From: Histomonas meleagridis 2922-C6/04-290x
Taxonomy: Eukaryota; Protista; Parabasalia
NCBI GenBank assembly: GCA_020184695.1
Contig: JAANOX010000070.1
Span: 124,001-188,000, forward strand
Direction: 5' to 3'
Length of the DNA stretch: 64,000 nucleotides
Each line of letters opens with the position of its first letter. The first letter of the stretch is position 1. The translations under genes were made by a program, and so were the position numbers. The notes beneath the pieces are model-generated. The model was not told the DNA's origin. It made no database searches and saw only the letters and a list, made by a program, of their open reading frames with translations. Shown piece after piece: positions 23,286 to 34,285 of this stretch.

Positions 23286-26171
23286 ATGAGTGAATCAAAA
23301 ATAAATTCCCTTTCAGATTTAATTACACTAACAGAAATAATTTATAACATAAATAAAGACAACATTGATGCATCTGTTTCATCATTATGCGAATTTTATG
23401 ATAATTCACAAACGTATTCATTCAACTTGATCATTTGTCGTTTCATTTATGCTTTGTTTGTAGCAAGACTCAAAGATATAGATATAGTTATTGAGTTTTT
23501 GACTTTAATTGAGAAACGAGAGATCAATAACAATCAAGTGAAAATAATTGACATCTTTTCTCAATTCCTTTAGAAAAAAAAATCGCAAGAATCTAATTAT
23601 CTTATTGGAAAATTGATAGAAAAAGGTTTAATTGACAAATCAATAACCAAGAATATGAAAAGTTTATTTTTTTCACATTTTAAGGCACATTTCGTTTTAG
23701 ACAATGGTGATGAATTTTATGAATATTTTTCAAAAAGCATTGAAGAACTTTCAAGGAATGATTGGGAACTTCATAAGAAATATGTTAAAGAAGGACATAA
23801 TCCAAATGAAATTGCAAAAATAATTCGAAATGATGAAATAGAAAAACTTCAAGAAATATCATCACAACCAAATTTTAATTTGAATCAAACCATTCAGCCG
23901 TCACTTTATGAAAGATGTTCATTTATCAATCAAAGGAATGTTAAATTAATTGATTATGCAGCATTTTTTTCTTCAGTTAAATGTTTTAAACATTTACTTA
24001 TGAATGGAGCAAAATTAGATAACACAGGTAAATATGCTGTTGCAGGTGGGAATGAAGAAATCATTTATTTATGTGAACAAAATCATTCAACATTTGAAGG
24101 TGCATATAAAACAGCAATTAAATTTCATCAATATAAAATCTTTAAATATATTTATGAAAATGAGATTATTGGTATTGATAATTTAGAAGAATTAGGAACA
24201 AAATGTGTTTTACATGATAATTATGAACTTTTATCATTTTTACTTGAGGAAGGAATGGAAATAAATGAAAATATTTTCATTGCTTCGATCAAAACAGGTA
24301 ATTTATATATTGTTAAAGATTTTCTTAAAAACAATTGTATTCGTATTGATTTTGTAGAAATTTCAGGTTTTTCTGGAAATGTAGAACTCTCTAACTATTT
24401 AATTAAAAATGGATATATTGATTTAAGCAAGATTGTTTGTTTATTTTATTGGATTTTTATATAAATATTTTAATGTTTTATTAAAATGTTTAAATTTTTA
24501 TTTAAATTTTTTCAGCACTAACAAATGCTTCAAAAAATGGTTATACAGAAATAGTTGAATTACTTCTTAAACAAAAAGATATTATTGATGCTAAAAATAT
24601 TAATTTGTTTTATATAAATTTTATTTTAATAATTTGATATTTCAAATTAAAATTTGAAAATTATTTGTATTATTTTGGACAACACTTATTGAAGCATCGA
24701 GAGGAGGTCATATAGAAATCGTTAAATTACTTCTTGAACAAAAAGGAATTGATATTAATGCTAAAGATATTTATTTGATTCATTTAATATTTATTTTAAT
24801 AATTTTGGAATATTTTAAATTAATATTTGGAATTTATTTAAATCATTTAAAACAGCACTTATTTGGGCATCTGAAAAAGGTTATATAGAAATAGTAAAAT
24901 TACTTCTTGAACAAAAAGGAATTGATATTAATGCTAAAGATATTTATTTGTTTTATTTAGAATTTATTTTTATAATTTTGGAATATTTTAAATTAATATT
25001 TGGAATTTATTTAAATCATTTAAAACAGCACTTATGTTAGCATCGAGAGGAGATCATACAGAAATCGTTAAATTAATTCTTGAAAAGAATGGAATTGATA
25101 TTAATGCAAAAGATATTTATTTGATTCATTTAATATTTATTTTAATAATTTAGGATTTTAAAATAATACTTGGAAATTCTTTAAATTGTTTTATACAGCA
25201 CTTATGTTAGCATCTAAAGAAGGTCATACAGAAATCGTTAAATTACTTCTTGAAAAAGAAAGAATTGATGTTAATGCTAAAGATTTATATATGATTTATT
25301 TAAAATTTATTTTAATAATTTGATATTTCAAAATATTACATGAAAATTATTTAAATTATTTAATACATCACTTATTTTGGCATCTGCAAAAGATCATGCA
25401 AAAATAGTTGAATTACTTCTTGAACAAGAAGGAATTGATATTAATGCTCAAAATATTTACTTGTTTTTATATAAAATTTATTGTAGTAATTTAATATTTC
25501 AAAATAATATTTGGAAATTATTTAAAGTATTTAAAACAGCACTTATGAATGCATCTTGGTTTGGTAATACAAAAGTAGTTAAATTACTTCTTGAGCAAAA
25601 AGGAATAGATGTTAATGCTAAAGATATATATTCATTTTATATAAAACTTATTTTAACAATTTGATATATCGAAATAATATTTGGAATTTCTTCAAATTAT
25701 TTAATACAGCATTTTTTTATGCATCTGAAAATGGTCACACAGAAATAGTTAAATCACTTCTTGAGCAAAAAGGAATTGATGTTAATGCTAAAGATATTTA
25801 TTTGTTTTATTTAGAATTTATTTTTATAATTTAGGATTTCAAAATAATATTTGGAAATTATTTAAATTATTTAGAACAGCACTTATCTTCGCATCTGCAG
25901 AAGGTCATACAGAAATAATTAAATTACTTCTTGAACAAAAAGGAATTGATGTTAATACCAAAGATATTTGTTTGTTTTATTTAATGTTTATTATAATAAT
26001 TTATTATTTCAAAATAATATTTGGAAATTATTAAAATTATTTAGAGCAGCAATTATTTGGGCATGTATAAAAGGTCATAAAGAAATATTTCAATTACTTC
26101 TTGAACAAAAAGCGGAATTATCAATATCATTACCTGACCTGATCATGCTCCGTCTTCTCCATATTGTGTAG
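23286..26171 (+). CDS. DUF3447-ankyrin gene 3, 10 repeats with 40 inserts and one in-frame TAG
   Basis: ORFs 23286-23573 and 23613-24464 share a frame across a single TAG at 23571. Removing 39x17 + 1x18 nt from 2886 nt leaves 2205 nt (735 codons), ending at TAG 26171. Confidence 0.7.
24435..26045 (+). other. Array of 10 spacers of 17-nt insert + codon units
   Basis: Spacers are 77, 80, 83, 83, 80, 80, 81, 80, 80 and 80 nt. The retained codons read DNK, KDEW, NWNGK, RWNGK, NRGY, KDEN, KNGK, KDGN, RRGR and NIGR. Confidence 0.85.
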
Positions 26172-26729
26172 AGTATTAGAATCGTCACATATGGTTCAAA
26201 ATCAATTTTGTAACAAGAAATTCATGGTGCGCCTAGTTAACTGGGTTAATAATTCATAAGAATAATTGATTCAAATTTTTAGTTAGTTAGCACTTTTAGT
26301 AAAGTATTGAAAAGTGGAATCTGACGATCATTTTCCATCAAATTTTCTACCTTCTTTAAATTGCATTTTTAGACTTAGAATCATTAATGTTTCATGCTTT
26401 GCTATGATCATTTCGCTTAATTTTCTAATTATTAGTAGTTCATTCAAAATTTAAAATTAACGGTCAATTTCCGATTAAAAAACGTCAATTATTTTTGTTT
26501 ACATCTGTTGTCAGAAATTCTAAAAAATCATTCAATTTCTATGTAAACTATTCATTAAATAATGTCTTTTAGATAAAATTAATAATAAAAAAAACATTTT
26601 GTTGTAAAAATAATATGAATTCATGTTCATGTAACTTTATTTATGTATATACACGACAAACGATGGATTTTTTAATCTTCAGAAAAAAAAAAAAATAATC
26701 AATATTAAAAGCAGTGCACTGCTTTTTAG

Positions 26730-27583
26730 CTACATCACAACATTCATCAAGTATTTTGTAAAAAACATATCTTTATATAATTTGTTTAGCATTAATATCA
26801 TTCCTTCATGTTCAAGAAGTATTTTAACTATTTCTGTATGACCTTTTGAAGATGCTTGTGTTAGTGCTGTATTGAAAATTTTAAACAATTTCCAAATATT
26901 ATTTTGAAATAAAAAATTATTAAAATCAATATAAAATAAAACGAATAAATATTCCTAGCATTAATATCAATTCCTTCTTGTTCAAGAAGTAATATAACAA
27001 TTTCTATATAATCTTTTGAAGATGCCCACATAAGAGCTGTATTAAATAATTAAAATAATTTCCAAACATTATTTTGAAATTTCAAATTATTAAAATAAAA
27101 ACAAAATAAATTAAATAAATATCTTTTGCATTAATATCAATTCCTTCTTGTTCAAGAAGTAATCGAACGATTTCTGTATGAGCATTTTTAGATGCTTTCA
27201 TAAGTAGCTTTTTGTAATATATATTTTGATTCAAGGATATTTTGTTCATTCATCTTATTCAGAATATAAAATGATTCGTATGGGAGCTTTTTATCAAGAA
27301 AACATGAAAACATTTGAAGGATTTTTGATTCGATTTTAAGGTTTTCTTCAAATTCTTCAATTCCTTTAAGAAATTCTAAGTAGATATCAATCTCATTTAT
27401 GTTCATAACAAGTTTAATATATGTTATTTGAATGATAACTGTATTAAAAGAGAATGGATAAATATTATCAAATTTATCAACTATAAAAATAATTGATTGA
27501 ACAAGATTTTTTAAGTTTAAATTAAAAATTATTTGTCTGCTTGATAAAAATGTTTTCCATTCATTCTGATTCTGATTTTTCAT
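26730..27583 (-). pseudogene. Ankyrin gene 4: N-domain fused out of frame to three ankyrin cores
   Basis: The DUF3447 part is deleted and the frame changes near 27195. Two intact 80-nt spacers (27041-27120, 26871-26950) give CEGN and YFGN. The last repeat has a 1-nt deletion. Confidence 0.7.
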
Positions 27584-27838
27584 TTTTCTGCTTTGTTCCA
27601 AAAAAGCCGATAGTTTTGAATTCAAGTCATTTACATGACAAAAATCGAAAAAACAAACATATCCATATACAAAAAAGATTGAAATAAAATTCAACATTTC
27701 CCTTACATATAGGAGAATTGGTGTTATATTATTCAGAACATAAATAAATATATTTCTTTTAAAAAGAAACCAGTAAAAAATTTGGAGCACCCCAATCTCA
27801 CAAATAAAATAAATTCAATCGAATTTGATCATCGCATT

Positions 27839-30034
27839 TTACTGCAAAATTCTGTTGATTGAAGTTTTTGCCACAATTTCCCTCAGTGATTTCACTAAGA
27901 TATCGTCTTCTGGTTGCCCAACTTCTCCAAAACACTCTCTTAAGAAATCTTCAACGCCATTCTCTTTGACGGCAAGTGCATCGAAGCTTTCTTTTGGAAT
28001 CTCCAAAACCAATTTTTGTGGCGCAATTTCGCCATTATTATCCAAAAGCTCAGATACATTTCTCATCAATGAAATGTTGTTATCACCAGACTCTATTTGA
28101 CCTGATACCTCTTCAAATATTCCTCCATACTTCATCGCGAATTTATTTCTTATTTGTTGGACAGCCTCTTTGTCTTGGCCCTTTTCAACAAGAGAAGCAA
28201 CATCTTTCTCGGGTAAAATAGAGAATTCTATTGAAGAGTTCATAATTGAATTCAATAACCCAATATATTGTCCACAATTATCAAACTTGGTTTCGTCAAA
28301 TATAAGTTCTTTGATACCGCTACCCTTTTCGACGTATTTCTTTAGCATTTCGATACCTTTGTCACCAATTTCTTGCCCAGTAATATCAAGATAAGTAAGT
28401 GACTTTAACCCAAGAATAGCCTTTAAAGCCTTGCTAAAGCTAGTGTCGAACTTTGTTGCAATATTATTTTTGCTTTTCAAAACTATCTTTTGAAGTGGTA
28501 ATTTTTCTGATATATCTGAAATCAATGACAATGATTTCTTTGATCTAGCAGGCAGAGTATTAGAAAGGTAAATAGTATTAATATTTTTTTGTTTTTTGAG
28601 GAAATTACAAAATCCGTCAACTTCATTTTCATTAAGTAAGTTATCTGAAAAAGAGAATGATGTTAAGCAAGTTAAAATAATATCAGAGAGCTTTGAGATT
28701 ACTTGTCCTATACCTTTGTCGACATTAATCGCATCAAGGATGATAACGTTCGGCTGGCGGTTTTGATCGGCGGCTAAACCTTTGAAAAATGACAAGAGTG
28801 AATCCTGAGTGAAACTGTTCCTTGAAAAGTCGATTTCTTTGAGGGTGGAAAATGGCGGTGGGTTGAACTGGATAGGGCTCATGAACTTGCATCCTGAGAA
28901 GTTAACTGATTCGATGTTGTTCTTAAGCATTGTAAGGACTGGAAGGATGAAATCACTATTAATTTCAGTATTCATGGCACTAATTGTTTTAAGTGTTTGA
29001 TGTTTCTCAATCCAATTAGAGCCTAAAAGCTGAACATAAAGTGTCTCAACTCGTTGTGGCATATGGCCACCAACAAGTGAGAAATGCTCAAGATTTCGGA
29101 AACAATCAGCATCAAAGAACGATACGAACAAATTGTCTATGGTCTGTTCGTCAAAAAGACATGAGTCGATATGCAATGATGTTATATCTCCTTTATAAGT
29201 TGTGAACTCACTAACAAAGAGAGTAAACTCGGGTCTATTAAGTTCAGATCGAATAAATCGAAGTGTCTTAAGTGGCATTACACATTCATCTGAAAACAAA
29301 ATTTCGGAATCATTGGAATAACCAGCAAATGAAAAATCAATAAGAGAAAGTTGATTGATGGAATGACTTTGCTTAAAGATGCGACTAAGAAAATGACAAA
29401 ATGAACCCATGGTAAGTTTTCGTAATTTGAGATGTGTAACTTCGGTATCATGTGCAACAGAATCTGTAAGAACATCCATAAAAACAGAGGTGGCAATTTC
29501 AGGAGTGACTGTTAAGGAAGTTGGTGATTTTTCTAATTTAAGATATAAATCTTGTGCAAGATCAACAAATTGAGCTTTAACAACATCTGCCGCATATGAT
29601 ACAAATCTGTCAGCTAGAGCGGATTTAATACCGATTTTTGGCTGAATAGAATTATATATATCTTTGACACTTGGATCAACAGTAACATGAGATTTCCCAA
29701 AAAGCTTATGGAGTACAGCACCTATAATGGCTGCGATTTCAACAATTTTTTCATGTGAGAAAGCAATTGCTTTTTTGCTAATTTTGATATGAATTGAAGT
29801 TGCATTAACTCTTATACCTCTAAGTTTATTAAGTTTAGCGTACTTTGAAATCTGGAGACCTGCCGGAAATTGTTTTTTTCTAAATAAATAAAATCCAGTA
29901 TTTGATAAAATGCAATATCTAGGTTGCATTTTACCTTTTTGGTTTAACTTGACATCCCCAGACCAGAATATTTTTTTCGCCGCAGAGTTTATAATCGGGT
30001 GTATGGTGGCAATTGCTTGGATTGGATCATCCAT
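27839..30034 (-). CDS. CARMIL/LRRC16-like PH + leucine-rich repeat protein
   Basis: PH-like N-terminus (VKLNQKGKMQPRYCILSNTGFYLF) followed by RI-type LRRs (LTYLDITGQEIGDKG). Confidence 0.7.
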   Translation of the reverse strand: MDDPIQAIATIHPIINSAAKKIFWSGDVKLNQKGKMQPRYCILSNTGFYLFRKKQFPAGLQISKYAKLNKLRGIRVNATSIHIKISKKAIAFSHEKIVEIAAIIGAVLHKLFGKSHVTVDPSVKDIYNSIQPKIGIKSALADRFVSYAADVVKAQFVDLAQDLYLKLEKSPTSLTVTPEIATSVFMDVLTDSVAHDTEVTHLKLRKLTMGSFCHFLSRIFKQSHSINQLSLIDFSFAGYSNDSEILFSDECVMPLKTLRFIRSELNRPEFTLFVSEFTTYKGDITSLHIDSCLFDEQTIDNLFVSFFDADCFRNLEHFSLVGGHMPQRVETLYVQLLGSNWIEKHQTLKTISAMNTEINSDFILPVLTMLKNNIESVNFSGCKFMSPIQFNPPPFSTLKEIDFSRNSFTQDSLLSFFKGLAADQNRQPNVIILDAINVDKGIGQVISKLSDIILTCLTSFSFSDNLLNENEVDGFCNFLKKQKNINTIYLSNTLPARSKKSLSLISDISEKLPLQKIVLKSKNNIATKFDTSFSKALKAILGLKSLTYLDITGQEIGDKGIEMLKKYVEKGSGIKELIFDETKFDNCGQYIGLLNSIMNSSIEFSILPEKDVASLVEKGQDKEAVQQIRNKFAMKYGGIFEEVSGQIESGDNNISLMRNVSELLDNNGEIAPQKLVLEIPKESFDALAVKENGVEDFLRECFGEVGQPEDDILVKSLREIVAKTSINRILQ

Positions 30035-30485
30035 TGCAAATGTTTCAATGACATGTCATATGAGACGTGTGTTCAAAAAGTGGAAATAAAAACAATCCCC
30101 CAGAATGTCGGCGGTTTTATAAAGAAAGAACTTCAACTCAAATAAAATTTCTACGCAGCGGTTTGTTTAAGTATCGGCGAAAAAAATGGAGAAACGATTA
30201 TGAATGAAATAACTTCATTAAAATCTGATTGAAAGACATATCAAAATAACAAAAAATGTATGTGTTATTATTATTTATTTTATTGAGTGAAGTTTTTGTC
30301 TTAAGTTGGAAGATATTTTTGAAATTTTTCCGATTTCGAAATCAATAAAAAAAAAAAAAATTAAAAATTGTGACTCCTAGATCATAGCATGTAATTGCTT
30401 CTTAAAATTTTTTAATTGAATAAATTATTATATAAATAATTAAAATTTAAAAATTTTATTTAACATATATTAACAAAATAGATTC

Positions 30486-31142
30486 CTAACATTTAACGCG
30501 TAAGTCACTTTCAGAGCACCAAACTATCTCTCCTGTTGGTTGGTTCAGTAAAACAAATAAATTCGATTTTTCATCTTTCGTTATGAACTCGAGTGTACAG
30601 CCAAGATTTATGTGAACAAGTTTTGTACCTGTTGCAGGAATTTGACTGGATTTGGTTGGATTCTTTTTAGGATTGGATTTTAAAGATGAGACGAACATTT
30701 CATGCCTATTTGTGTTTGGTTGTTGCATGTATTGATGACCATTAGTTATTTTTGTATTTGTTATGTATTTTTCTGAATTTAATGTTGGCTGGTAATGTGA
30801 TGGTAAATTTTGAGAAAATTTTAGTTTTTTAACAGATTTTGATTCTTTTTCTCTTTTGTTTTGGAATCTATGTCTGTCATTTTCAAATTCATCATCACTT
30901 GAAATCTGATGTGAAACATTAATTGGGGTAACATCATTTTTTTGAAAAACTTCTGGTTCATAATCAAATATTTTGGTTTTCAGTTTTTGCTTATCATTAT
31001 TTATTTGTTTTTGTTTTGTTGAAAATGGATTTGATTGAGAATAACTACTAGACTTATGTGATGAAAATCCTTTATTGTTACATGCCAAGCTTAATTCGCT
31101 TATTCCTTCTGAAGCTCTTCTTGATCCATATTGGTTGTTCAT
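30486..31142 (-). CDS. Hypothetical protein
   Basis: 218-aa ATG-initiated ORF. It is low-complexity with a compact C-terminal domain. Confidence 0.6.
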   Translation of the reverse strand: MNNQYGSRRASEGISELSLACNNKGFSSHKSSSYSQSNPFSTKQKQINNDKQKLKTKIFDYEPEVFQKNDVTPINVSHQISSDDEFENDRHRFQNKREKESKSVKKLKFSQNLPSHYQPTLNSEKYITNTKITNGHQYMQQPNTNRHEMFVSSLKSNPKKNPTKSSQIPATGTKLVHINLGCTLEFITKDEKSNLFVLLNQPTGEIVWCSESDLRVKC

Positions 31143-31262
31143 AAAACTAAACGTCCACCAATTGAAAAAAATCTTGTCACTGGATTTTTATCATTTAAAA
31201 AAATTTAACCTTCCATGATGTTTAGTTAAAATGTCATATACACAAATTAATTAAAACAAATT

Positions 31263-31799
31263 TCACTTGTTACCTTTGTCGTACTGAGATAACTTTTTTT
31301 TAAGATCATCAATTGATTCTTCATAAATATCTGTAATGCCAAGATACATAAGATTTGTAGCACAATCAGTAATTGCTGATAGTCTTTTATCATCATTTTT
31401 GCAATTAACAAGAGCATCAGTCACATTTTTATCAGGTGGGATTAATTGTAATAATTGTTTAATTGCCTCAACAAGTGATTCTCTTGCTTTTTCTTCGTTT
31501 ACTTCAGATTCAGAGGATGAATAAGAAGAACTCATATCTTCTTCTTCTTTGTCACTTGCATCAGGGACATAAGACCCATTCTTATCAAAATGCCCTTCCT
31601 TTAGTTCATCCTTTATTGAGAATGGTATTATTTTGACTCCATCAACTTCAACAAAATCTTCCCCATCATCAATAACAATTTTGTTTTGATCAAATTCTTC
31701 ATCACTTTTAGCAAGTTCATTCATGATATCCTGATCTGTTTTTAGTTTATTAGCGTTTTCTATTTCTTCTGATTCTTCAATGTCTTTTGTGTTCTTCAT
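31263..31799 (-). CDS. CD2BP2: CD2BP2/U5-52K/Lin1-like U5 snRNP protein lacking the GYF domain
   Basis: The motif GVKIIPFSIKDELKEGHFDKNGSYV matches the conserved CD2BP2 PFN..EEMEEGHFD..GNY block. Confidence 0.75.
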   Translation of the reverse strand: MKNTKDIEESEEIENANKLKTDQDIMNELAKSDEEFDQNKIVIDDGEDFVEVDGVKIIPFSIKDELKEGHFDKNGSYVPDASDKEEEDMSSSYSSSESEVNEEKARESLVEAIKQLLQLIPPDKNVTDALVNCKNDDKRLSAITDCATNLMYLGITDIYEESIDDLKKKLSQYDKGNK

Positions 31800-32165
31800 G
31801 TTTGGAAGACGTTAATTGTAATAATAGGAAATTTCCATAAACAAGCACAATAACATTAAAAAAAAATTCCTGGCGAAAGATATCAAACACTTTAAATCGC
31901 ACTAACAAAACATAGAACTCTTAAATGAAGTAATAATGTAAAAATTAATAATTAAATTCAAACAAAAATAATATTACAAACCCAATAATTTTATATTGCC
32001 ACAACAAAGAGAAGCATAATTATTTAACTCATATCAAAAGATTGTGTTAATTTTTGCACCTTTTCGTTCGTTGCTGTTGGGTGGGTTAAATTTATATCAA
32101 AAAGTCCAAACGATGGCTGTTCTCAATTTTTGAATACTCCCCGGCCATGTCTGCCTTTTTTATTT

Positions 32166-33182
32166 ATGGCTCAACCAGTTGAAGCTGTTCAAGAAGTTCA
32201 AGAAGAACCAGAAGAGCAAACACAAGCTGTTGCTGGACACTTCATCGAACGTGCAGTTCTTAAGGGTCACAACTATGCTATCACATCTCTCCAAGTTGAC
32301 AATGAACACAAGCAATTAGTTTCTGCTTCCCGTGACCGCACAGCCCTTATCTGGAAACTTACAAAGACCCAAGAAGCTTGGGGTACAGAATACACCCGTC
32401 TTATTGGTCACAACCATTTCGTTTCTGCTGCTGCATTCTCCAGCGACTCTACTCACTTAATCACATCATCATGGGATAAGACCCTCCGTCTTTGGGACCT
32501 TCAAACACGTACATGCAAGAAGATCTTCAATGCCCACACAAAGGATGTTCTTGATGTTGCCTTCTCCCAATGCAACCGCCGTATCATTTCCACTGGTCGT
32601 GATAAAACAATCCGTATCTGGAACATTCTTGGTGAATGCAAGGATGTCATCCAAAATGAAGCCTGGGGTACCTCCATCAGCTGTGCTCCAATGGCATCTG
32701 AAGATGCTCCACTCATCTTTGCTGTTGGTTTCTGGGACGGCAAAGTCAAAGTATTCAAGGTTCAAGATAAGCGTGAATTACTTTTCAACATTGATGCACA
32801 CAATGGCCGCGTCTTAGCTGTTTCCTTCACACCAGACGGTCAATGGCTCATCACTGGTGGTTCCGATCATAAGGTTTCAATGTGGTCAGTCGCAACAGGT
32901 CAAAGAATCCTTAACTTCACAGCTCCACAAGTTGTTAACGCACTTGCTGCATGCCCAACACGTGCATGGATCTGCGCAGCCACATATGAAGGTATCGCTG
33001 TTTGGGATATCCAAAACAAAGTCCAAATTGACCTCGTCCAACCAAACTTCCCAGAGCTCGGCAAGTCTGGAAACGGACGTACACCAGATTGCACATCCCT
33101 CGCATGGTCCGATGACGGTTTAATCCTTTACGCCGGATATAACAATGGTGAAATCCGCGCTTGGGAAGTCCGCTCTGACTAA
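32166..33182 (+). CDS. RACK1: RACK1 WD40 ribosomal scaffold
   Basis: Contains LKGHNYAITSL...LVSASRDRTALIWKL and LIGHNHFVS...ITSSWDKTLRLWDL, and ends LYAGYNNGEIRAWEV. Codon bias fits a highly expressed gene. Confidence 0.9.
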   Translation: MAQPVEAVQEVQEEPEEQTQAVAGHFIERAVLKGHNYAITSLQVDNEHKQLVSASRDRTALIWKLTKTQEAWGTEYTRLIGHNHFVSAAAFSSDSTHLITSSWDKTLRLWDLQTRTCKKIFNAHTKDVLDVAFSQCNRRIISTGRDKTIRIWNILGECKDVIQNEAWGTSISCAPMASEDAPLIFAVGFWDGKVKVFKVQDKRELLFNIDAHNGRVLAVSFTPDGQWLITGGSDHKVSMWSVATGQRILNFTAPQVVNALAACPTRAWICAATYEGIAVWDIQNKVQIDLVQPNFPELGKSGNGRTPDCTSLAWSDDGLILYAGYNNGEIRAWEVRSD

Positions 33183-34285
33183 ACATAGAGCTGCTGCTCA
33201 TTTTTTTTTAATATTCATTTATAATCGATAATATTTATTGAGTGCGCTTTTACATCGATAGAACAATTCAACAGAGAAATAACTGTAAGCTGATAAAATC
33301 TTAGATTAATCATAAATTTAGATATATTTTGTTAGCAAATAGAAATTTTAATATATGTTCAGTTTTGAGTCCCAAAAATATGAATTAATTAAAATATGTA
33401 TAGAAAATCAAGAAAAAAGATTTTTTTCGTGTTAAAGCTCTCCTTAGTGAAGTGAGTGAAAATAGGAAAATTTTCCGAGAAAAGACGGCGAAAATTTCAA
33501 AATTAAATCGAAAAAATTAATAAATATATATACTAAATATGATCTCCATGAATAATGCAACACTGGATGAGTGGGTTATATTAAGACCGGTCTACAGGTT
33601 TTTCACTGCAGTATAATTGAAGAATGAAAGAATTTAATCATATATTCAATAAAATGTTTTTTTTTATTCCAGTCATTAAATGTATTCAAAAAATTCAACC
33701 AATAAATAATATTCCTTGAAGAGACAATATAAAAATCAACACGAACCATATCCCATTTCGTATATCACGAATAGTAGTGTTGAATTACAGGAAACAAAAA
33801 AGAAAAAGGGAACTCTTTTATTATGGAATTCTTATTTTTATCAAGCGAAATTCATTTATTTTTGCAAAAATCATTATATTTTAAATTATTATTTACAAAT
33901 GGAAGTACTTCAATTGAAATGTGAGATTGACCTGTTTCTCAATACCAAACATTACATTTCCGAATTTTACGAAACCAATTAGTGATAATATATTGTGTGG
34001 ATGTTCTAGTTCAACATTTTGATACCGAATAGATGTATTTTATAATTTACCAGCTGAATATGTTGTAACAACTAATTCATATTTGAATTATAGCAAGCAA
34101 ATGAAGAATCTTGAAGAATGCATAGCAACACAAACATTTACACAAACGAATAAATTTCCTAAACCAAATACATTTTTTAAAATACGCAATTCGTTTTTAT
34201 ATTTTGACATTAAATCAATTTAATATTATAATTTTTTATGCTTTATTATAGATATGATAGAAACAATAAATAACAATTAACTCGA

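Noticed and set aside
23571-23573. Stop-codon reassignment (TAR = Gln) as in some metamonads
   Set aside because: Conserved genes here end normally at TAA, TAG or TGA and have no internal TAR codons.
24435-26045. Each spacer as one conventional GT-AG intron
   Set aside because: Only 4 of 31 spacers start with GT. The AG in ACA-GCA is not conserved (ACA-TCA, ACC-GCA, ATA-CCA also occur). The one GT..AG pair (24435-24515) splices to a stop. Whole-spacer removal would also delete the xxGx loop.
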